Below are positions 55,845-64,000 of a stretch of 64,000 bases of DNA, piece after piece. Source of the stretch: Chamaesiphon sp. (GTDB lineage Bacteria; Cyanobacteriota; Cyanobacteriia; Cyanobacteriales; Chamaesiphonaceae); contig CBDFFH010000036.1 in the NCBI GenBank assembly GCA_965246715.1, positions 32,001 to 96,000 on the forward strand, given 5' to 3'. The position numbers were made by a program, and so were the translations under genes. A model generated the notes under the pieces. The model did not search any database, was not told where the DNA came from, and saw only the letters and a program-made list of their open reading frames with translations. Each line of letters begins with the position of its first letter. Within the stretch, counting starts at the first letter, position 1.

Positions 55845-56423
55845 ATGCTAATTGGCTACGCTCGTGTTTCAACAGAAGATCAGAACCTCGATCTTCAAAA
55901 AGATGCTTTACTTACAATTGGCTGTGAGAAAATTTTTGACGATCGAATGAGTGGAGCCAAAGCCGAACGTCCAGGACTCACCAAAGCGTTAGAGATTTGT
56001 AGGAAGGATGATACCCTCGTAGTGTGGAGACTGGATCGACTAGGGAGATCGCTAAAAGACTCGATCTCATTGGCTGAAACCCTGAAAGAACGAGGAGTTG
56101 GACTTAAAAGCATCCAGGAATCGATCGACACTACCACCTCTGGATGACAATTAATTTTTCACATGTTTGGTGCACTGGCTGAATTTGAGCGCAATCTTAT
56201 TCGAGAGCGGGTTAACGCGGGGCTAGTTGCCGCTAGAGCTAGGGGTAAAGTTGGTGGTAGACCAAAGGCTCTAGACGAGAAGAAGAGACAGGTCACAATC
56301 GATTTATATCGAGCTAATCAGCATTCTATTGGTGAGATCTGCCAAATGATGGGGATTGGTAAGACGACGTTGTATAAGTACCTGGATGGTCATCTCGATA
56401 AAGCTCAAGCAGTAGTACGATAG
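55845..56423 (+). pseudogene. resolvase/invertase with an in-frame TGA
   Basis: GYARVST, RLDRLGRS, FGALAEFER, GGRP plus HTH; both ORFs share one frame, stop at 56145-56147. Confidence 0.85.
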
Positions 56424-56829
56424 GCTTGTATATTACAAGCTGATATTTGAGTTGTTATTGTAATTAGGAAAAATAGATTTAACTCAGAATCTATTGCTTA
56501 CCCTTGAGCTACAAAGGTTTTAGAGATTATTTACAAACAGTTTAGAATCAAAAGATTTTTCCAAACCGGAATGTAAAACTTGTGTGAGTTCGAGCTGACC
56601 AGCGTGGCCAGAGAGCGATCGACAGAGAAGTCGTGTTACGAGATTAGTCGCTCGAACGGTTTTCTCAATTTTGTATGGCCCTGAGCAATATCGCGGAATT
56701 ATCGATGAGATTTCGGAGGATTTCATTAATCTGGACGCGATCGGCTCAAAAACCTGTAGATTCCAAGATACTGCTATACTCCAGCAAGAGAGAAATAGTA
56801 CATACCCCGCAGACATCGATCGATTATGA

Positions 56830-57378
56830 ATGGATACCTACCAAATCAGGCTTAGTAGCAGTAATCAGACAATCTATTTGTCGGAAGCGACGCGAGACGA
56901 CATTGAGAGTGCCAGATCGATTCTCAAGTGTGACTGGTTGAATATTTGGAATCATTTATACCCTGACTATGAAGCGATCGTCAAGCTAGAGTGTGATAGC
57001 GGAATCCAAGGATTGATTCATTTCGCACTCTATCCTTATCCCCAAAAAGATGGTAGACCCGAATACTTGGAAGTAATCCATATAGAAGCCATTCAGTCAC
57101 CAATTCGGCTCAAGCCAGTCGGTTTGTTTCTGCTCTGGTATGCGACTAAGATTAGTCTAGATTTTGGGTGTAGTGGGAATGATGAGGGTTCCATCGTTGA
57201 GCTTGATGCTCCAGAAACTGCCATTGACTACTACCGTAATAAGGTTAAGATGGAAGGAAAGGGATGGGTAACTATCAGCCCAACGGAGGAAGGTTATGCT
57301 TTCAGGTTTTCTAAAGAACAAGCCATCGAGTTCTGTGCAAGAATCGAGCAACAATACGGAATCCCCTATCCAGTTTGA
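56830..57378 (+). CDS. hypothetical protein, possible GNAT-like fold
   Basis: 182-aa ORF; LE..HIE...VG.FLL.YA...L.A...AIDYY pattern. Confidence 0.55.
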   Translation: MDTYQIRLSSSNQTIYLSEATRDDIESARSILKCDWLNIWNHLYPDYEAIVKLECDSGIQGLIHFALYPYPQKDGRPEYLEVIHIEAIQSPIRLKPVGLFLLWYATKISLDFGCSGNDEGSIVELDAPETAIDYYRNKVKMEGKGWVTISPTEEGYAFRFSKEQAIEFCARIEQQYGIPYPV

Positions 57379-57708
57379 GAGATTGGACGATCGAGCTTAC
57401 ACTGAAGGCTCTGATGATGTCATGACTCTATGCACATACCCAGAGATGACACCTCAAGAGCGTTATGAATTTCGTAAGCAGAATAAGCCGTCGCTTACAA
57501 GAAGAAAGATTTAGACAACAAGCTACGCTTACGATGTCCCTGCTAGTTTTTACTGGTGGGGACATTTTCATTGTGGGATCGAAGATTGTAGCGACAAACG
57601 AGCATTGTCATTATAATGGGGTAGTCCTAAGCCCACTGTTTAACCCACTGTATTATCAATGGGAGGGCTAAAAGCTTTATACTGCATAGTTTTCAGGTAT
57701 TGCCGATA

Positions 57709-57755
57709 CTACCATGGCATGGTAGGGGTCTGCGGTTCGAGACCGCATAGCTCCA
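57709..57755 (+). other. 3' half of tRNA-Ala(GGC), att-site scar
   Basis: CTACC-ATGGCAT-GGTAG anticodon arm, GCGGTTCGAGACCGC T arm, TAGCTCCA end; no 5' half. Confidence 0.75.
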
Positions 57756-57830
57756 TTGGTTAGGGTCAATACTCAGTAAGGCTTTTAGGAATCACTTCAC
57801 TCCTAACAGCCGAATTTTTGTGTCTATATA

Positions 57831-58869
57831 CGATACCTGTCTAAATGTTAAATTTGGGAGAAATAAAATTGGCAGAAGCTACCGTGGGAAGATACATTCA
57901 CACGGTAGCAGAAGATGCTAGAGACGATATTCGATACCTTTGTTCAACATAGCCCGATTAGCGTGATGATGCCAGGGTTGATGGAGCGAATCTTACAGCC
58001 GGAAAAACTAGATGAGATCTTTGCTCGGCATGGAAAATTGCAGGATCACAGAGAACTGATGTTTTCTGACAGTCAAAGCCAACCAATTATGGATTGCTGA
58101 CCGGAATATGTGTACGCTCGATTGGATGATGGGGATTTCCCACAGACAAGCCAGCTTTGTCATTCGAGAGCATCTGAACTTACCGTGGATAGCCAATGCG
58201 GAATTGACCTTCTGCGGTCATGTTGAGGGTGGTCAATTATGGTCACAACCGATTGAGATTGCTCGTGGAGATGAAACGCTGAAATTCCGCCGGATTGTGC
58301 TCCGATTGAAGACACCATCTCGACATGGGGATGCAGAAATTGTGGTGTTGACCAATTTGCCCATCACGGCTGCCAGTGCTCAAATAGTAATGCAATTGTA
58401 CCGAGAACGTTGGCAGGTGGAGCGGTTATTTTTAACCGTGACCCAAAACTTTGACGGCGAAATTAACACTTTGGCTTACCCCAAAGCTGCGCTGTTCAGT
58501 TTTAGCTTGGCGTTAGTTGCCTATAATCTACTGGCCACCTTAAGAGCGGCTTTAGCTAGCGTTCATGGTGTGGGTAAAATTGAGGCATCCTTGTCTGATT
58601 TTTATCTTGTTGATGAAATTCAGGGGACTTACCGTGGCATGATGATTTCGCTGCCACCAACAGCTTGGCTGTGTTTTGGCGATTTTGCTTTAACTGATTT
58701 TGTGCTGCTGCTCCAGGATTTAGCCTCGAAAGTTCATTTAACTCGTTTTCTCAAACAGCCCCGCAAGGAGAAGAAAAATCAGCCGCCTTTGGTTAAAGAT
58801 CCCAAGCATCCTCATGTTTCTACTGCCAAGCTTTTATCTGGCAGCTAAATAACATTTAGACAGGTATCG
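57831..58869 (+). mobile_element. IS4-family element, internally deleted
   Basis: IRs CGATACCTGTCTAAATGTTA; 8-bp TSD TCTATATA; ORFs 57915-58100 and 58108-58848 (YRERWQVE). Confidence 0.88.
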
Positions 58870-58877
58870 TCTATATA

Positions 58878-59034
58878 CTCACATCTTGCACCAATACATA
58901 AAGACTAATAAAAGCAGAGATTTTAGGGTACCCACAAGGGGCACCCCTACACAATTAACCTGTAGGGGTGCCCCTTGTGGGTACCCTGGATCTATGGTTA
59001 GCACTAGTATTTTTCGACTGGTGCAAGATCTGAG
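58878..59034. mobile_element. MITE with the same ends as IS 54453-55682, carrying a REP doublet
   Basis: CTCACATCTTGCACCA / TGGTGCAAGATCTGAG; TSD TATA. Confidence 0.85.
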
Positions 59035-59109
59035 TATACCTAAAATAATGGTTCGTTTTGGTGGTTGTGGTGGTTCTATCTATCACCCTTTTTATCACCC
59101 ATTTTTGTC

Positions 59110-60261
59110 ATGCAGATCGACGCACGAGGTAAGCGGTTAGTTATCCGCTGGAAGTTTGATGGTAAGCCCTATAGTCTCAGCTTTGCCGGATGCAATAATC
59201 CTATCGGTCAAATAATGGTCGAGGGAGTAGCCAACCGGATTAAGTTAGACGTTGCTTCTGGCAACTTCGATAAAACAACTCTCAAGTACAAGCCTCAGAA
59301 GTTGGGTAAGAATCCCACAGCCATTACTGCGATCGAACTATTCCAGCAATATATAGAGTATCAGCAGAAGGATGGATCGGTTCAGCAGGGGTCTATTAAT
59401 CGACTCAATGCGATCGCGTCGAAGCTGGAGAAGTTCATAGGTGATATCCCAGCGCAGAAACTCACCAAGACGATCGCTAAAAATACGATCGCTCAATGGT
59501 CGGAATCGGCTAACACCCAGACGATTAAATCCTATCTCTACTATCTCAAAGCTTGCTGGGATTGGGCTGAGGGTAAATATCACGTCCCACATATCAACCC
59601 TTGGAAATCCTCATTGGATCGATCGCGCAGTCGCAAGATTTCACCACCACAGAAGACAGATATTCCGTTCGCTATCTCCGAGCTAAGCTCAATTATTGGG
59701 GCGTTCGATCGTCATCCCCACTACTGCCATTACACAGATTTTGTCTCATTTTTGGCGGGTACTGCTTGCCGATTTGGTGAGGCTGTGGCTCTACGTTTTG
59801 AAAATTTAGGCGTTAACTATTCCACTGCATGGATTGGCTCTAGCATCAGTAGGGGCGTTTCTAATAAGAAAGGTAACAAGACTGGGAAAAGCCGCTTATT
59901 GAGGCTATCACCGACCTTACAGGCGATGTTATCAGCCAGGTTTGACAAAATGAAGCCACAGCCCACCGATTTAGTTTTCCCTTTGCCAAACGGCATCCCA
60001 ATAAACGATCGACGGTTTAGGGTTAGGGCGTGGACTGAGATATTAGTAGAATCTTGCCAGATTGCTTACCAATCTCCCTACCAAGTTCGTCACAGTGCGA
60101 TATCTCACGCTTTATTAAATGGTGCCAATCCAGTAGATCTCGCAGAACAGACTGGTCATTCCGTCAGAGTGCTACTTGAAGTCTATGCCCACGAGATCGA
60201 GTCGAAGTGTTTGTTTATTGAAGTTGGGAAAAATAATAAAATACCCATGAGTTGCGACTAA
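59110..60261 (+). CDS. tyrosine recombinase/integrase with arm-binding N-terminus
   Basis: TACRFGEA, KTGK, YQVRH, TGHS...VY; ATG at 59110. Confidence 0.9.
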   Translation: MQIDARGKRLVIRWKFDGKPYSLSFAGCNNPIGQIMVEGVANRIKLDVASGNFDKTTLKYKPQKLGKNPTAITAIELFQQYIEYQQKDGSVQQGSINRLNAIASKLEKFIGDIPAQKLTKTIAKNTIAQWSESANTQTIKSYLYYLKACWDWAEGKYHVPHINPWKSSLDRSRSRKISPPQKTDIPFAISELSSIIGAFDRHPHYCHYTDFVSFLAGTACRFGEAVALRFENLGVNYSTAWIGSSISRGVSNKKGNKTGKSRLLRLSPTLQAMLSARFDKMKPQPTDLVFPLPNGIPINDRRFRVRAWTEILVESCQIAYQSPYQVRHSAISHALLNGANPVDLAEQTGHSVRVLLEVYAHEIESKCLFIEVGKNNKIPMSCD

Positions 60262-60283
60262 CAACTCATGGGACAAAATTCAA

Positions 60284-60575
60284 TTGTTAATTAATAGTAT
60301 GAACCATCGCACAATATCAGTCCAGTGTATTGATTTTAAACAAGTATATATTTTCGGCAAATATCTTCCATCTCAAGAATCAATAGACTCTGCATTATCG
60401 CAGGTTAGAGATAAAAGAAATCAGCAGAATTCATCAGTGTTCTTTAATGAAATAACTGAAGAACTCGATAAGTCATTCAACCCCGACGGTAATGAAAGTT
60501 GTCCTATCAAAAGCGGTTTATCAGATCGCGACAAACCATATCCGATCGATCTAGATAGGGTGTTAAACGACAATA
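60284..60575 (+). pseudogene. hypothetical ORF interrupted by the IS5
   Basis: ORF runs into the IS end; frame continues briefly after 61509. Confidence 0.35.
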
Positions 60576-61507
60576 GACCTCCTGCGAAAGTATTAATCGA
60601 TCGCTTTTTGAGGTAGCAAAGAAAGCTCATAATTGTAGATACCAGCAATTAAATTAATCCTCAGACCAAATCTGCGCCGACAATTCCTATATTTTGATGA
60701 TAAGATTCTGAAGATATTTAATTTTCTGTGAACGTGTTCTCCTATAATTCTTTCTCTTGCTAGTTTCTTGGTGAATTTCTTCTGGTCTTTATTTAAAGGT
60801 GTTTTTCTCGTTTTTTTGATTGGAGTTTTACTGTTTGTATGAATCTTCTTGATTCCTTGATACCCGTGATCTGCTAGCAACTCTATCTTCTCTCCTAGCT
60901 GGATTGGATTTTCCTTGTATATTCTAAAATCGGGTACTTTTCCTTTCCCTACTACCACATAGAGAATCTCTTTTGTCTTTTTATCGACTAGTATTTGTCC
61001 TTTTAATGTGTGCTGCTTTTGCTTACCGCTGTAATATCTCTTTTGTTTTTTTTAGGTCTTTCTATCTCATGTTCTGCCACATCTATTACTAGTGTTTCTG
61101 TTTCTAAATCTAGTAATTCTACTTGCTTTTTTCCGATTACATTAAACATTCCTGACTTAATGAGTATATTTTCTACTTTTCTGACGTTCCTTAGTACATT
61201 TGTTTCGTCTAACTCCCAATCTCCTTCCATATGAAAATAGGTTCGATACTCTCGCCAATACTGTAATGTCATTAATATTTGGTCTTCTATATTCAGCTTG
61301 CTTGGTCTGCCGCTCTTTTTTGCTAGCACCTTTTCTGCTGCCACTACTTTTACCATTTGCTCAAATGTTGTCAAACTGACTCCACATAAGCGGTTAAACT
61401 CTTCTGGTTCTAAATTTTTAGCTGCTTCGTATCTCACAATCTCTTCTTTTTAGCTTGCTCTATTATCTATATTCTACATAACCGCGATCGGACTTTCGCA
61501 AGAGGTC
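60576..61507 (-). mobile_element. IS5-family (ISL2-like) element with two frameshifted ORFs (61003-61437 and 60593-60958)
   Basis: IRs GACCTC.TGCGAAAGT flanked by TA; WREYRTYFH, LADHGYQG; A-run slippery site near 61045. Confidence 0.88.
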
Positions 61508-61639
61508 TATTTTATGGGTCGGTACAGCCCACAAACCAGTCATAACAGCCCATATTTTCCTGTAACCAGACAGCAAAAATCGACTCTTAGGAACTGATTT
61601 GTTTCCTAAAAGCCTTGCCTAGCTTGAGATCTAACCCTA

Positions 61640-61686
61640 TGGACGTACGCCGACTCGAACGGCGGACCTCATCAATGTCAACGATG
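61640..61686 (-). other. 3' half of tRNA-Val(GAC), att-site scar
   Basis: reverse complement CATCG-TTGACAT-TGATG AGGTC CGCCG-TTCGAGT-CGGCG TACGTCCA; no 5' half. Confidence 0.75.
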
Positions 61687-61839
61687 CAGCTCGTTTCTTG
61701 AACGGCAAACACAGTAAAGCTTCGAGCTTCTACTGAAAACGAACGTGGGGCGAAATGTGGGGCTAACCCTTCATTTGAGCCTTTTCATTACTGAAAGTAA
61801 TGCTAACAGATTACTGACTGGACATAGCGGGAGCTGTTT

Positions 61840-62349
61840 TTATATGAGTTCCAATTCGGAGATCGACTCCATCGAGATATATAGCTTCATTGGCATTCTA
61901 GGGAAAGCTTTAAACCCATGCTTTAAATAAAATTTGGTGGCACTATCATCGATCGCATCAACCACCATCGCGACTGATGCTACCGTTCGGGTTGCCTCTA
62001 ATGCTCTCTTCATAGCATCCAATAGCAAGTAACCACGGTATCCTTTCCCCTGACAACTAACATCGACAGCCAATCTACCAAGTAATGTCGAGGGTAGCAA
62101 TGGATACCGTGGTAAACCTTTGGCTATTGGCTCGTCCAAGTCAGATACATCGATCGAGTATGAAGATAAACAGTAGTAGCCTAGTACCGTCTTCTCTGGT
62201 GGTTCGAGCAGCACGAATGGGGTAGATACAGCTTTCTTCAACTCTTGGGACGCTCTGAGCTTAATGTATTCAGCTAGACTCTGTTCCCCGCAGGTAAATA
62301 AGCTTCGATCGTGCTTCTTGCTCGTCAATAGTTCGATGCTAAGAGGCAT
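61840..62349 (-). CDS. GNAT acetyltransferase toxin (TacT/AtaT-like)
   Basis: HDRSLFTCG, LLGRLAVD..CQGKG, VVDA...A.KFY.KHGF. Confidence 0.88.
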   Translation of the reverse strand: MPLSIELLTSKKHDRSLFTCGEQSLAEYIKLRASQELKKAVSTPFVLLEPPEKTVLGYYCLSSYSIDVSDLDEPIAKGLPRYPLLPSTLLGRLAVDVSCQGKGYRGYLLLDAMKRALEATRTVASVAMVVDAIDDSATKFYLKHGFKAFPRMPMKLYISMESISELELI

Positions 62350-62559
62350 TGCCGAATTGTCTATCGATAGAATATCCGATCGATAGGTAGCCTGAATAAT
62401 ATTCCTTACACATATATTTTGGTAATACCTAAAAAGTATATTTTAAGTCTCAATAAAGTATTCATTTAGTACTAAAAAAGCACTTACTAATTTTCAAGCC
62501 TCGAAATTGAGCTTCGATCGCAGCTAAGTTATTGAGTGTTATCATCTCGGATTCCCAGA

Positions 62560-64000
62560 TTAAGCCACTCGATCGCGAGCATATAAATATTGCTGGAATC
62601 CAACAAATACATCGCCGATCGTACCAACGCTACCCAGTTCGGCGACAGCATCGCGTAGATCGTGATACTTTAACTCCAACAGTTGCGGGAGCTTGGATCG
62701 ATCGAGTTCCCCCACTCCAGCTTTAATATATTGCTCCAGTACAAAGTCGAGAAACTCCTGTTGTTTACCGACATACCGCGAGAAAATTAGGGACTTATGA
62801 GCGATAACTCGATCGATCCGACTGATGGGTGCAGCGGCATAGGCAATATAAGCCAGCACATCGTACAGATCGCTACTCTCCGCATCAATCAGGCGGCTGA
62901 TTTCAGTCAATTGCTCCTCACCATAACCTTTTTCGGATAGTCCTGCTAGTAAGGCTTTACGGGTGTCTGGACGGCTCCAAATCGATCGTAACTCATCTTC
63001 GTCCTTAAATAGTTGGGGAATCTCACCGAACAGGCGTTCGACGAATTCGGCGGCGGTCATCGGTTTACCATCTGGAATCCAAAAGCTAGTGGCGATCCGA
63101 TGTTCGATCGATCGTTCCTTTCCATCAGCGAGTTTGATTTTGATTTTCTGAGGGCGAAGCGGTTCGATTTCGAGTTCGGCTTCATCATCATTCTCGCTAG
63201 AAATAGCTCTAGGTTCCCGTTCGGCGCGAGTTGTGACTACTACTGGCTCTTGGGGGTCGCCATCCCATTCGGGATCGTTGAAATGCTCGTAGGCTTTAAC
63301 AAAATCGTAGATAGTGAAGTAGTCTTTACCATCGAATAGACGGGTACCGCGACCGATAATCTGTTTGAATTCAATCATCGAACCAATTGGGCGCATCAAT
63401 ACGATGTTCCGCACATTCCTGGCATCTACCCCAGTTGAGAGTTTTTGGGAAGTGGTGAGAATGGTGGGGATATTTTTCTCGTTGTCTTGGAAGGTACTCA
63501 GGAATTGTTCGCCGAGTTTGCCATCATTTGCGGTGACGCGGACACAATAGTTAGGATTGGTACTAATTTTGATCTGGTTGATAATATTCCGCACGGCGAG
63601 GGCGTGGTCTTGGTTAGCACAGAAAACGATCGTCTTTTGATTCTGATCGATTTCTGCCATGAATAGCTGCACTCGATAGCGTTCGCGATCTTCCATTTCG
63701 ATGACGCGGTTGAAGTTGGATTCGGTGTAAACCCGTTCTTCATCTACCGCACCCTCAATGATTTCGTCATCAACATCGTAGATATATTCGTCTAGACTGG
63801 TTTCGATTTGTTTGACTTTGAAGGGGGTCAGATAGCCGTCGTTGATACCGTCTTTGAGGGCGTAGGTGTAAACCGGATCGCCAAAATAGGCGTAGGTATC
63901 GGCGTTATTGGTGCGTTTAGGGGTGGCGGTGAGTCCGAGTTGAACGGCGGGGGCGAAGTAGTCGAGGATGCCGCGCCAGTTGCTCTCGTCGCTGGCTCCA
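62560..64000 (-). CDS. hsdR: type I restriction enzyme R subunit (EcoAI/EcoEI-like), 3' part; continues beyond the window
   Basis: GLTATPKR, KTIVFC, LSTGVDA, FKQIIGRGTR and an EcoEI-R-like C-terminus. Confidence 0.9.
   Translation of the reverse strand, partial: GASDESNWRGILDYFAPAVQLGLTATPKRTNNADTYAYFGDPVYTYALKDGINDGYLTPFKVKQIETSLDEYIYDVDDEIIEGAVDEERVYTESNFNRVIEMEDRERYRVQLFMAEIDQNQKTIVFCANQDHALAVRNIINQIKISTNPNYCVRVTANDGKLGEQFLSTFQDNEKNIPTILTTSQKLSTGVDARNVRNIVLMRPIGSMIEFKQIIGRGTRLFDGKDYFTIYDFVKAYEHFNDPEWDGDPQEPVVVTTRAEREPRAISSENDDEAELEIEPLRPQKIKIKLADGKERSIEHRIATSFWIPDGKPMTAAEFVERLFGEIPQLFKDEDELRSIWSRPDTRKALLAGLSEKGYGEEQLTEISRLIDAESSDLYDVLAYIAYAAAPISRIDRVIAHKSLIFSRYVGKQQEFLDFVLEQYIKAGVGELDRSKLPQLLELKYHDLRDAVAELGSVGTIGDVFVGFQQYLYARDRVA

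Noticed and set aside
56145..56147. Programmed readthrough or selenocysteine at the resolvase TGA
   Set aside because: The position is normally Arg/Lys (CGA to TGA is the simple explanation) and lies in a region full of pseudogenes
57709..57755. Functional tRNA-Ala gene
   Set aside because: No 5' acceptor strand or D arm; only the 3' half is present
61640..61686. Functional tRNA-Val gene
   Set aside because: No 5' half upstream on the minus strand

Overview
Cyanobacterial chromosome window, very rich in CGATCG/GCGATCGC (HIP1-type) sites and Chamaesiphon-like in style (the organism is my inference). Bases 1-23.2 kb are mostly housekeeping genes: a PucC/BCD MFS transporter, DUF1611, nat ABC genes, obgE, desA and bioB. 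They are interspersed with REP/RAYT elements, an ISL3 and nested miniature elements. This part also holds a truncated giant secreted protein with a NucA-type nuclease domain, and that gene contains a complete pentapeptide-repeat gene on its opposite strand, directly beside the nuclease domain. This nested antisense gene is the most unusual observation and is a candidate embedded toxin/immunity module. Bases 23.6-64 kb are a decaying accessory region. It contains two broken parA/partner modules, an RHS toxin-immunity cluster, LRR proteins, a fragmented giant Ig/haloperoxidase/FG-GAP protein and about ten IS elements (most with readable IRs and TSDs). It also has two outward-facing Tn7/Mu-like transposon ends, two 3'-half tRNA att scars, a tyrosine integrase, a GNAT toxin and the 3' part of a type I hsdR. 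Tiny (mostly 22-25 nt) double-hairpin elements insert into CGATCG sites and have frameshifted at least two genes. Protein-family calls come from motif recognition by eye; no database searches were run.
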